Positions 25,878-38,545 of a stretch of 64,000 nucleotides of DNA are shown here, in pieces (the first letter of the stretch is position 1; every line of letters begins with the position of its first letter). The notes beneath the pieces were generated by a model. The model was not told the DNA's origin, ran no database searches, and worked only from the letters and a program-made list of their open reading frames with translations. The DNA is from Octopus sinensis (lineage: Eukaryota): assembly GCF_006345805.1 (NCBI RefSeq), contig NC_043004.1:14756001-14820000 (forward strand). Reading direction: 5' to 3'. A program made the position numbers and the translations under genes.

Positions 25878-27151
25878 TCTAGGTGTCGGGAATATGTTTA
25901 GCAAGAAATGAAAACAGATTTGATATCGAGTGAAAATAAAAATAGTAATATTCTAAAAGGGCATGGCAATAATTTTTAAATAATATCTATAAGTATTGCA
26001 GTAAATCTTCCTAAATCATTCATAATACAAAATATTGCAAATATATTTTTAACATATGTGTGGAAATGTCCACCATTAATAAGAAAAATATTGTTCGTTG
26101 TTGGTCAATATTTGGCCTAACTCGGCTTAAATTATGATCTTAGTCGCAACACGAAATTTCTAGTTTTTCACATCATGTCAAATTGGTTACCATCTCAAGG
26201 TTTATCATATGTAACAGAAGAAATTACAAATTTTACAATACAAAGAAATGTAATAAAATGTAATATAATATGATACAGAATAAAATGGTAACTATAAAAG
26301 ACAATATAAAATATTTTAAAGTAAATAGCGATACTGCTCAGTTTAAATAAAATTGAATAATACAATCTCATATATCCTGAAAAAAATGTAGTATTATTGT
26401 TATATGTAAGTAATTCCAATCAAAAGCAAATATGCACATACACACACACGCACGCACATACGCACACATACAACCTTCTTTTTATCCCTCTGTGTTTCTT
26501 CCCCCTCCGTCTCTGAATCTCTCTTACTGATGGGATATATATTTTTGAATATCAAAACTTAGAAGAAATTACTGAATAAAACCATGGTCATCTACTGGAA
26601 GATCCTGTGAAACCAACATCTTAATTTATGTTAAAGGTGCATCCGTTCCTCTAATTGATGCTGTTCCAAAGCCGGAATGAAAAGTGAATCACCTCTGTGT
26701 AAATTACGAGTAGCATAGAATAACTCTATTAATTTTTCTTAGAAGGGAAAACGTGCATCAACTACAGTGTATAAAAGAATGACTTGGCCTGATTATATCG
26801 CTGAACAAAATTGAATACAAATTTGATCTTACAAGAGAGTGAGTATAACTTAATGAGAATATGAAGTTGAATAAAGGTCAGAGTGATATTGGGCGGGGTC
26901 ACGCGAATATTTCCCTTACAGGGAGAAGATACTAAAGACTAGAAGCGTAACCAAATTTATATATCTGTGGAACAAAAAGTCTATTTCCCTGTTTATTTAG
27001 CGTATTTAGACATAAAGTTCGCACATTGATTTTATTGTATTTATCACCACTTTCTCAATACATTACCTGGCAGTGAATCAAAATAGTTTTCACATAAAAT
27101 CGTGTTCTACATACGAGAAATTGATCTCATATTCATTCGTTTACGAATTTG

Positions 27152-27415
27152 TACTCTTTTATTCATTGACTTGTTTCAGTCATTGGACTGTGGTCATGCT
27201 GGAGCCCCACATTTAGTCGAGCAAATCGACCCCAGGACTTATTCTTTGAAAGCCTAGTACTTATTCTATTGGGTTCTTTCGCCGAACCGCTATGTTACGG
27301 GGACGTAAACACACCAGCATCGGTTGTCAAGCGATGTTGGGGCGGGGTGCAAACATATACACACACATACATGTATATATATATATCTATATCTATATCT
27401 ATCTATCTATCTATC

Positions 27416-27449
<34 letters not shown>

Positions 27450-27602
27450 GACAGGCTTCTTTCAGTTTCCACCTGCAAAATCCACCCATAAGTCTTTGGT
27501 GGGCCCGAGGCTATAGTAGAAGATTCTCGCCTAAGGTGCCACGCTGTGGAACTGAACTCGGAACTATGTGGTTGGTAAGCAAGCTACTTGTCACACAACC
27601 TC
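27152..27602 (-). mobile_element. SINE family D, near full length
   Basis: Colinear with 55872-56314 and with the reverse complement of 59527-59938; contains an internal TA/TATC microsatellite. Confidence 0.9.
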
Positions 27603-27921
27603 TCCTTTATATTCCTTCATTCATTTATTCATACATTCATCGATTATTTCATTATCTATGCATTACTGAGCGTTTGTTCAGTATCTCTTTCTAATAATCT
27701 TCTCCCTCTAATCTATGACATATTCAATTGTTAATTCTAATCCCTTCCATCCAACTCCATCTTATTTATGACTATATTGCCAAAAATCTATTGAGTAAAA
27801 CTTATGGTTCATCTCCGCGATGTTAAGGTGCATATGGCTTACGTATAATTATTTTACTATTTTAACATCAATTCAAACTGCTTTTGTATCTGTGTTTCAT
27901 GATAACGTACCATATATTATA

Positions 27922-27959
27922 TGACGTCACGGTGTGTTATGATGGAAGAATCCCGCCCC
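27922..27959. promoter_or_regulatory. Palindromic CRE (TGACGTCA) next to a GC box (CCCGCCCC)
   Basis: Exact motifs at 27922-27929 and 27952-27959 in otherwise AT-rich unique DNA. Function untested. Confidence 0.25.
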
Positions 27960-29020
27960 TAACTTTTCGAAGAGTAATTGTAATCAGAATAGCTCGTTGA
28001 GGATCTCAGCTCGAATAATTATGCTTGAGTAACCCCGGTTTCTACTTAATTCTGTTTCGAGCTGAACAAATAATTTATTTACACTTTAACTTGAATATTG
28101 GTTACACTTCTCATTCGCTATCATTTTACTGGATGTGCTTTCAATGAATTCCATATGACTGTGTGCTGTAATCTATTAGAATACAAGACACCGATATTAT
28201 GGACAGATATACAATCATTTGTTCTGTGAAAATTAATGGCATTCTTACAGATGGTTGTACATGAAGCGACTTACCGAAAACATGGAAACGCACAAAGAAT
28301 AATGAATAATAAAGCCTTTAGCTTCGATAAATGCATATCAAATACAGCTGCCGATAAGTTTCTTTTCAAGTTAAATAAGATTGCTGTTTTTATCAAAGAC
28401 CTGAAAGGGACCTGACTAATCTGATGAAAATGTGTAGTTGAAAATCGAAGCAATAGTTTCCAGAATTAATTAAAAGCGTATCTGAATCCTTTCCAAAATT
28501 CCAGAAATTATTTGTGAAGTGAGATGATGAAATAATTGAATACGTGACAGGCAATAATACAACAGATTACAAAATAATATAACTAAACACACCAAAGTCT
28601 AGTCCTAGAAACGGTGAATAACAAAGGGCAAGTTGAAGCCATACAATTCAAATTAGAATGTCTAGCATAATACACAGAATGATCAGATAAATGCTTCCGC
28701 AAGCAGGCACAAATGCAAGCATTAAAACCCCATGAGCAGATACCGAGATATTGTTAGCAAATGCAGAGAAGGCAGGTGTTAATAACTTAGGTAATAAATC
28801 GCATATAAAAGTAATCTAATTAAAATATAGCGGTGATACTCTTAAGTAGTATAACTATGTCAACAAAATAGAGGCTAAGTTTTGATTTAACCAAGTTGCT
28901 AGAATATAATTACTAAACTACAAAATAGCAAATTATCTAGATACCGCCCCCGACAAACAACACCATATCTGCATGAGGAGAGAATTTTATGTAGTAATGC
29001 TTTATACCACTCATCATCCA

Positions 29021-29320
29021 CACGTGGTTTGATCAATATGTATCCGGACTTTTGTCATACTAATGAAGCTAAACACACAGAGTGAAACCACTGGGCAAAG
29101 ATTAACCTTGAACTCTGCTGTGCATGTGCACTAAGGTTTAACGTTCTAGTATTATTCCACTGTTTACAGCAGTGCTTGGAAGGGACGTGTGTTGCGTGAG
29201 ATCGTCTCATTGACCATGACAGAGGAAATTGAGCAAAGAATCTGCATCAAGTTTTGCCAAAAGCTTAGTGTTACCTGCTCAGTGGCCTACGCAAAGTTTT
29301 CAAAACGTTTTCATCATTCT
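29021..29320 (+). mobile_element. mariner transposon 5' fragment (TIR plus N-terminal HTH)
   Basis: TIR-like CACGTGGTTTGATCAATATGTATCCGGACT, then MTEEIEQRICIKFCQKLSVTCSVAY, matching the mariner EQRICIKFC motif. Confidence 0.8.
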
Positions 29321-29498
29321 CGATACAATCAAAGAAACGATTGTACTAAAAACCTATCCATTCTTGTTGCTTCTTTCTCGCTTATAATCACCCCACATTA
29401 CTGTATTGTTAAAACAGTATAGTTTATTTTGGTGCATCTAAGTTAGGTACCATATTCAAGTAAATTCATTTAAATTAACTTGAATCTTTATTGCTTTT

Positions 29499-29571
<73 letters not shown>

Positions 29572-29619
29572 AGCAATAATAAATCTCTGAGCGAGGTATA
29601 AAAAGTAACTGCACGTCAC

Positions 29620-30080
29620 CGTGAAGTATATTTGCCACTTAAATGTGGCTAACCCTTAAGGGTAGATGCTACTGTAGCTTGTAGCTCCGGGAGTACACCT
29701 CCTTCAGCTGGATATTGACACACTTTCTGTACCCTATTAGTATTTGCAAAGGGAAGCCTTCCTTCCCATCTTCAACCCGTATGATACACACGGAATCGAG
29801 TTTCTGGGTATTGACCCGTAGCAGCGTATGAAATCACCAGTTGTCGATGAATGATGACGGGTCAATAACCAGGAACTCTGATGACGGGTCAATACCCAGA
29901 AACTCGAGTATGTGTGTATCATACAGTTTGAAGATGGGAAAGATGGCTTCCCTTTGAATATACTGATAGGGCACGGAAAGTGTGTCAATAGCCAGCTGGA
30001 GGAGGTGTCCTCCTAGGGCTACAAACTACAGTTGCATCCACCCTTAGGGTTAACCACATTTATGTGGCAAATATACTTCA

Positions 30081-30082
<2 letters not shown>
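29620..30082. mobile_element. 463-bp fold-back MITE-like element
   Basis: Arms 29620-29819 and 29884-30082, about 24 differences in 200 bp by hand count. The 64-bp spacer carries a partial extra copy of the inner arm end (GATGACGGGTCAATAACC). Confidence 0.88.
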
Positions 30083-30160
<78 letters not shown>

Positions 30161-31229
30161 ATACTGCGTGTCACTTAACCGCAGTTTGTATCATTGTATT
30201 ACTGGACCCTAATAAGAACTCGTCTATTTTACGCAGTCGAAATATATTTGAAGGAAATGTTCGTGAGCTTCAAGATGTGCATTCACTTCTGACAACGTCT
30301 TTGCTTCTAATGCTCTTCTATGAAGCATATTTTTTAATGCTCATATCTTTTTTGAACAGAGATTTTTTGCCTCACTAAGAAACCATTAGGATATCAAGTA
30401 GCATTGGTAGCAAATATGGCTGTTTGTTGCGTTGTATAACCCTCATAATTATCTAATCATTTCCGCCAGGCCTTTTTAATAGATTTAATTATACAAACAA
30501 AAAATATAATATTAAAAATGAATTACACATAAATTAATCAAAACAATTATGAGTTAATATTTTTCCTTGCATTTTGATTAAACTGCTTCTGGATTCAAAG
30601 CATTATATTGCCAAATATCCATCATATCGTCGATAAAAATTAATTCCAACCATAAATAACGGAGCACTGAATATTAGATTCAAATTTTGAACTAATTTTC
30701 AGGCATATTAATATTGATCCAATTACGTTCAGCATCAAAATACCTGATGCAGAACGTGCCAGTAAAAATCTCTATTTATTAAGTCATCTCTTTATTAAAT
30801 ATTCTCTTTTATTATCCCGTTAAACTTTCACCATGGTATGTAATTGATTCTCAGACGATTTAGGAATTTATACAAGAGTTGTATAATGTTATTTGCATAT
30901 TTATATATTATGTATAGTTAAGCATGTATATTCTTTATGGAAGAATGTGATCTATTTCTCCAAAGTTCCTATATAATTGTGGTCGAAAATATCAAATGAT
31001 ACAAGTGAAACGATTTTGAGTTGGTCCTTTGATACGTTTAAAATTTACCGAATTATTTCTGAATTTTTTTACTCTGAGGAATTCCGTAATTCATCCGTAA
31101 TTCTTATATAGGACAGGCTTCATGAATATTCAGGTTTTCCATGATAGAATACACATTCATTCTCACGAAGTTTCTAGAATGATCGAAACAGGATAAGCTT
31201 TCTATTTCAATCGCCGTCATCTATCATGA

Positions 31230-31680
31230 AAATGCCTCCGATTATAAAGATCCCTTCGAGGGCATTGCAGTGTTGCAGATTCTGGAGACGGAAGGAGTCT
31301 AGACACAACACGTTAAATTTCTATGGAAGGTGCAATCGAGATTGAACACCAATGTAAATCATCGGTGAAATCCCGTATGAACATCAGTCCAAAGCTTTTC
31401 GCGCCATGTCTTAAAATATCAATCAGAGGTATCAATTGAGAAAGAAAAGTCAACAACGGTGGAGCAGTAGCATATCTCCGATCATAGCCGTCATAGTAGT
31501 GCTTATCTTAGAAACCATAAATCATCTACGGGCCATGCTGACAAATCTGGACACCTACCGCGTAGTAGTAGGCCTCAAACTAAACCGCATGAAAACAAAA
31601 TTCGTATGGCCCGGAAAAATAGCACAAGGCCGAATAATAGTCGGATTTAGAGAAATGAGGGTGTAAAGATTGGGTCAACT
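31230..31680 (+). mobile_element. Decayed RTE-clade LINE reverse transcriptase fragment
   Basis: Frameshifted motifs ILETEGV, ISPKLFAPCL and VLILETINHLRAMLTNLDTYRVVVGLKLNRMKTKFV correspond to the RTE RT motifs GDTISPKLF and GLKMNxxKTK. Confidence 0.75.
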
Positions 31681-32632
31681 AACGAAACAGGAACATTGAA
31701 CTACTGCGCAGAGTAAGAACAGTTTGGAAGTTTGTTTGCCTCGATTAAGCATTTACTGGAAACACACTTAGCAAGACTCTGCGTACTTGTCTCTTCAGCT
31801 GCACCGTCTCACGTGCATTTTTACGCGGAAGACGGGAAACTAGTACCGGCGGATGACAAAAAGGTCCAGGAAAAGATCCATGCTAGAAATATTATTGTGA
31901 GAGCTGATACGAAATGATTTAATTTAAGATCACTGCAATGATATGTATGTGATGGGGAAATATGAAACAAATACGTGTTTTGCTGTATCACACACACACA
32001 TCACAAGACTGCAAGACATGTAGACCCGTATATTGTCAAAAGGTACACAAGTGATTAGAAAGGGGCCAGTGAAATACCTGCTGCTTCACATGAACATAGT
32101 GAAACAATTTTGGCCCCAATCGAAAAGTAGGACAATCCAAAGAAGAATAGAATTGCATTTTGAATATCGATTCATATTGATATGTGGTGGTCTGGTCGAA
32201 TAAAGAACAAAGAGTTCGGAAATTTTGTTTTCCTTCACTTGTATATTTGGGAGGTGGATGTTTCATCTTTGTCGAGAAAAATGATTGAGGCAAATACGAA
32301 TTATATGTCATGCGCCATATTATATATTCAAAAGATCGGAAGGCATTCCATCATTGATCATTGTTTCGGATGTTTCCTTTCTTCTTTTTCTTTTTCAAAT
32401 ACCGTATAACACGAAACATATAATCTTAAATTTATCATTTTCATAACTGGAGGATCTGACAGTCTTTTTTTGAAGGCAAACCATGACTACTAAGGCCCTA
32501 AGTTTATTGTTTTTGTAAGCATTTATGGCTTAGAAATACGGATGCACGTCTTACATGTTATGATTTCTAACGAAAATATTTGCTCTAGCATATGTATATT
32601 ATGACTTTCAGAGTATACAATAAAGAATACAG

Positions 32633-32912
32633 ATCATCATCATCATTGTTCGACCGTGGTCGAGACAATGGAATTTACTATGTTACGCCAGACTTCACTG
32701 TCCATCATAACATTACGGAGGTCCTGTGGCTGGATGCCTGTATCCCTGGAGATTAAATCAGGGTAGGAGAGTGTGCGCCCTCTGGTATCGCGAGCAGATG
32801 GCTTCCAGAGGAGAAGAGTAGAAATTACCTCGTTTACAGCTCTACAACAATGCCCAGCAAACTGGACTCTTCTACCTTTCACAAGAGATCATACAGGTGG
32901 TAGTTTCCCATA
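32633..32912 (-). mobile_element. 3' end of an RTE/RTEX-type LINE with (TGA)n tail
   Basis: YGKLPPV*SLVKGRRVQFAGHCCR...LLLWKP...RGRTLSYPDLISRDTG...MMDSEVWRNIV matches the ORF2 C-terminus, followed by a TGA-repeat tail. Confidence 0.85.
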
Positions 32913-33581
32913 TATTTGTACAGAATACAGATAAGGGCGTTTATGTAAACGTATTAATTATGAGAGAAGAATGAATAGATCCCAGTACAAAATATTAGAC
33001 CTGGTCTTTGATAATTATGTGCCCGAGTATGGTTCTATCATTCATATATAATTTTGATAATGAAGAATTCATAACAATATATAGTATGTGGTTCAATCAA
33101 CTTAATTTGTTCCAGCATATATTTGCATTGTATTTATGTCTACCAATCAAATCGGTGAACTGAACAGAGTGGAACTTGAATCCCATTACTTAGTGGGAAA
33201 AAGCTCGAAACCAACTTTAGACTACTAATCTACAACCAAAACGTTTCTCAACAGTAACTCTCCCTCATATCAGTTTATTGTTTTCACAAGGAATGCTATA
33301 TGCGAAGTAAACTAGATACGTTTGCTCATGATCTGCCAAACGTGGCAAACCGATCATAAGTTACGGTAAGCTTCCTGTGTGCGCTACACGCCGATACTAA
33401 ACATTGCGTTGAAGGAATATGACGTTTGTCTACAAAGCTGATAATTTAAAATGTTATGATCTATATAAGAATCCAAAAGAATTATCACTAGTTTATTTTC
33501 TATATTTTATCGTGATCCTTTATTCCGAATATGAAGAGCAAGTCTGAACGTACGAAAGAGGATGTCATATCATATCATATC

Positions 33582-33649
<68 letters not shown>

Positions 33650-34153
33650 TACAGGTATAGATTTTCAGTGTTGTTACAATTGTTTCAGTGGGAGGATTCT
33701 TTTTTATATTTTGACCTGATTATATGACACGTAGTTAGATTACGCAATACAAGTATCTAGGTCACTCTGGAAGTCATTTTTCAGTTGTCTTACATGTTTG
33801 CCTGATGAATCTGGGAGATACACACTTAAATGCTAATCTAAATAAATGTACTATGCTTACTAAAATCTCCGAATAAAACAATTGTAATCAAAACTGAAAA
33901 CCTATTCCTCTGTTCTCATTATTGCTGCATTGTCCCACTTACGGTTTCACTCTTGGTCGATGCTTTGTAATACTATTGGATTTGTGGATTACCTCACAAC
34001 AAGGAATGCATTTCACCGATACCTTCTATGCTTCGATAACGGATCACTTCACTGTATGCTCTGCGTAATTCTGTGTAGCCAATTATTGGCGTGTTTGACT
34101 TCGATATGCCTCTATAATTTACGGAACTATTGTAATCAGAGTTATAATACATA

Positions 34154-34189
<36 letters not shown>

Positions 34190-34887
34190 ACACACTACAC
34201 ACACACACACTCACATATATATCTTCATATATACATACCTAAATGCTCATACATATAAAATGCAATATGATAGCATATATACATACATATGCGTGTATAT
34301 AACTAAGTGTTCGTGAATAAACGTTAGCGAGGCTGCTACTCTAACTATACAGTACACTGGTTCTATTCAAATTAGAATATTTATGTTTAACATAGTTCAA
34401 ACTCATTTGTATAATAATTCAGAAAACTTTCAAATGCTAAAATAAAATTTTCAATATGCAACATTTTCGTAGACTCGGCAGTCGTCCAGTTAATAATGCG
34501 ATTAAGTATTTTATAAACATTTCTGACAATTTTAGGATAATCTTTTTAGTCGAGACTATGTAGAGGTTTTAGATTCCGTGTAAAAAAATGGTTGCAATGA
34601 ACATTTTTTTTATGTATGATCTATCATTAATGTGACTTAAGATATCTGTCAGTATGTGTTACTATAAAGAATATTTTTTTAATGTATTCTCTGTCACAGT
34701 GTGTTTCAGAAATATTAAGTATACATACCACGTATCTCTATATTTCTCTCACTGACAAATTTAATACATTTTTAATGGATATAAAATCTCAGTTCTACCG
34801 CAAGACACCACTTTCGCACGAAGTGTTTAAATGGTTGAATAATATCAGCGAATACATATATATATATAAAATTTATTTTAGTGTTTG

Positions 34888-34922
<35 letters not shown>

Positions 34923-34999
34923 TCTGTTTAGCGATGACTGTCGGAAAGAAAATTTATACTGGATGCCATAGTACAGGTTAACAATATTTTGTTTTGTTT

Positions 35000-35660
35000 G
35001 AGTTAATCGCTTACAGCTCTGCGCTTCACGTGTGGGCACACGTTGAGTTTGAAGAAAGAATGGAATCTTTGCATAGTATTCCAGTCGTTGGAACATATTT
35101 CGAAGCTATGGGTTTCATGTAATAGGAGTGGAAGAGCTGTGTTGTTCTGAGTCTCTAACCGAAGTTCAGTATCTAGGACGAGGAGTCTAATGTTGCGGTG
35201 CCTAGTGGGGTAATTTATAGTAACCTTGACACTTTGGTGGATGGAGTTAGCTATATGCTGGATGCTCTCCATTATGCTCCTCTCGGTGACTACTGTTACT
35301 AGAGTTGGTCTTAACTAGAATATCTACAGCAAGGTGAACGAGCTGTGGACTGTACTGCTAAGGATTATTCAAGTTTTCTGTCCCACCAGGTCATGAAGAG
35401 GCCGGCCACATCTCCAGCTACACTGACACTAATGGTTGCACCTTGAACCTGCATGTATAGTTTCCTGCTAAACTTTATTATGCGTTTGTTCAAGGTGGGT
35501 TTTATGCTAGCCTGTATTGTGTGTGCAACCATTCCTTTCACTTGATTGTTGTTCTCAAGCTCTTGGGTGGAGATGGTCCAGCCACTCCAGCGTTCTGCGG
35601 TGCTTTTAATCACTGCCGAGGTGATGGTGAGTGGTCTTCCACTTTGTGACCTGGTGGGGC
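35000..35660 (-). mobile_element. Penelope-like element reverse transcriptase fragment (copy 1)
   Basis: LYMQVQGATISVSVAGDVAGLFMTWWDRKL and IANSIHQSVKVTINYPTRHRNIRLLVLDTEL resemble PLE RT motifs. Confidence 0.7.
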
Positions 35661-35686
35661 AGAATGTAAATACATACATACATGCA

Positions 35687-35720
<34 letters not shown>

Positions 35721-35932
35721 CATATATAGGTGTATGCGCACGCACACTGACACACACATGCGTGCAAACAAACAGAAAGAACGCAGCTCGGATAACGGAC
35801 AGAGTCAACGACGCAACAAAAAGTTTAGTGTGTTAAATAATACGACACTAAAAGAGAATTACTCTCCACAGACATAACAAAATATATTTCAAGACACGAA
35901 CTCATATAGAGAATCTTGCAAACCAAAACGAA

Positions 35933-35981
<49 letters not shown>

Positions 35982-36061
35982 GAATCTGTTTAGCGATGAC
36001 TGTCGGAAAGAAAATTTATACTGGATGCCATAGTACAGGTTAACAATATTTTGTTTTGTTT

Positions 36062-36720
36062 GAGTTAATCGCTTACAGCTCTGCGCTTCACGTGTGGGCA
36101 CACGTTGAGTTTGAAGAAAGAATGGAATCTTTGCATAGTATTCCAGTCGTTGGAACATATTTCGAAGCTATGGGTTTCATGTAATAGGAGTGGAAGAGCT
36201 GTGTTGTTCTGAGTCTCTAACCGAAGTTCAGTATCTAGGACGAGGAGTCTAATGTTGCGGTGCCTAGTGGGGTAATTTATAGTAACCTTGACACTTTGGT
36301 GGATGGAGTTAGCTATATGCTGGATGCTCTCCATTATGCTCCTCTCGGTGACTACTGTTACTAGAGTTGGTCTTAACTAGAATATCTACAGTAAGGTGAA
36401 CGAGCTGTGGACTGTACTGCTAAGGATTATTCAAGTTTTCTGTCCCACCAGGTCATGAAGAGGCCGGCCACATCTCCAGCTACACTGACACTAATGGTTG
36501 CACCTTGAACCTGCATGTATAGTTTCCTGCTAAACTTTATTATGCGTTTGTTCAAGGTGGTTTTATGCTAGCCTGTATTGTGTGTGCAACCATTCCTTTC
36601 ACTTGATTGTTGTTCTCAAGCTCTTGGGTGGAGATGGTCCAGCCACTCCAGCGTTCTGCGGTGCTTTTAATCACTGCCGAGGTGATGGTGAGTGGTCTTC
36701 CACTTTGTGACCTGGTGGGG
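36062..36720 (-). mobile_element. Penelope-like element reverse transcriptase fragment (copy 2)
   Basis: Duplicate of 35000-35660 within the tandem duplication, with one extra frameshift. Confidence 0.7.
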
Positions 36721-36747
36721 CAGAATGTAAATACATACATACATGCA

Positions 36748-36781
<34 letters not shown>

Positions 36782-36995
36782 CATATATAGGTGTATGCGC
36801 ACGCACACTGACACACACATGCGTGCAAACAAACAGAAAGAACGCAGCTCGGATAACGGACAGAGTCAACGACGCAACAAAAAGTTTAGTGTGTTAAATA
36901 ATACGACACTAAAAGAGAATTACTCTCCACAGACATAACAAAATATATTTCAAGACACGAACTCATATAGAGAATCTTGCAAACCAAAACGAAAT

Positions 36996-37045
<50 letters not shown>

Positions 37046-37653
37046 TGTGTATGCGTGTATGTGTGTGTGATTTTGTGTGTATGTGAGTGTATGTATAAAC
37101 TTATATCTATATATAAATGAGTGGGGAAAAATAGATAATCAAGAATACCTCTTTAGATAAATATTCCTAAGTGCATTTGTTATATATAATATTTTGATAT
37201 GATGATGAAATTGTTTTCCTAGCGATGAACATTTTCTTTAATGTGTCTCTTTTGTAAATGTGAATTTTACTCGCTTAGGAATAAAATGGTTTATAGAATT
37301 CCCGAAGTGTTTCCGTATATATAAAGCTGACAAAGGAGAAAAAGTAGATTCAACACATTTTGAAGGTTATTTGATATTAATTGATTTTGAAACATGCGCA
37401 GTACTTGATTATTTTTCAGGAGATTATAATGCGAAAATGTAAATATTGATTTCTTCTTCTTTTAACACGACTAGAAAACGTATTGTCAAAAGGGATTAAG
37501 ATTTTATACAGAGACAGCTCCCAAAACGCAATGAGAATAAATACATTACAAAAGAAGGTAAAAAAAAAACTGACGCAATTATTTTTTTGTCTAGTATAAC
37601 AATAAAGATTTCTTCTACAACAACGCTATTATAAACATAACAATAGTGATAGC

Positions 37654-37654
<1 letters not shown>

Positions 37655-37740
<86 letters not shown>

Positions 37741-37794
37741 AAGAAGAAGAAGAAGAAGAAGAAGAAGAAGAAGAAAAGAAGAAGAAGAAGAAAA
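37655..37794. repeat. Compound (AAT)n-(AAG)n microsatellite
   Basis: Directly visible switch from AAT to AAG at 37710/37711. Confidence 0.97.
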
Positions 37795-37861
37795 GACCCG
37801 ATCGGAAGATTAAATAAAATGCAAATCCATCGGAAAATAATAATCGTAATCGTATTATTTA

Positions 37862-38545
37862 TAAGCCTTTCTGCTAAAGGCACAAAGCCTGAAATTTTGG
37901 GGGAGGGTGACAGTCGAGTACATCAACCCCAGTACTCAATTGGTACTTATTTTATATCAATCCCGAAAGGATGAAAAGCAAACTAGACCGTGGCGGAATT
38001 TGAACTCAGAACGTAAAGACGAGCAAATACCTCTGAGCATTTCACCTGGCGTTCTAACGTTTCTGCCAACTTGCTGCCTGAATTATCAAAATGACAATTC
38101 TTTCTGCTGGAAGCACAAGACCTCAAGTGTTGGTGGAAGGGATAAAGTCGATTACATCGACCCCATTGCGTAACTGGTACCTAATTAATCGACACCTACA
38201 GGATGAAAGGCAAAATCGACCTCGGCAGAATTTGAACTCAGAACCTAATGGCACACGAAATAGCGCTAAGCATTTCGGCCTGCGTGCTAACGATTCTGCT
38301 AGCTACCCGCCTTAATCATCATAATGATAATTCTTTCTACTGGAAGCAGAAGGTCTGAAATTTGGGGTGAGGAATTAAGTCAATTACATCGACCCCAGTG
38401 CGTAAATGGTATTTATTTAATCGACCCCGAAAGAACGAAAAGCAAAGTCGATCTTGGCAGAATTTGAACTTAGAGCGTAGCGGCACACGAACTAGCGCTA
38501 AGCATTTCCCCCGGTGTGCTAACGATTCTGCCAGTCCACCACCTG
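37862..38545 (-). mobile_element. Three head-to-tail copies of SINE family E (37862-38079, 38096-38314, 38329-38545)
   Basis: Each copy has the B-box-like GAGTTCAAATTC on the minus strand, a TCGACCCCAG core and an AATTCTTTCT-ending tail. Homologous to 57575-57958. Confidence 0.85.

Larger units (their letters stand above)
34887..36994. repeat. Near-identical tandem duplication, period 1,062 bp
   Basis: Units 34920-35933 and 35982-36994 are each bounded by GAAA(TA)n. I saw only one substitution (ACAGCAAGG/ACAGTAAGG) and one 1-bp indel (GGTGGGTTTT/GGTGGTTTT). Confidence 0.95.

Noticed and set aside
33941-34125. Strong minus-strand donor (CC|GTAAGT) with upstream open frames
   Set aside because: No acceptor and frame combination gives a phase-1-compatible exon or a recognisable peptide.
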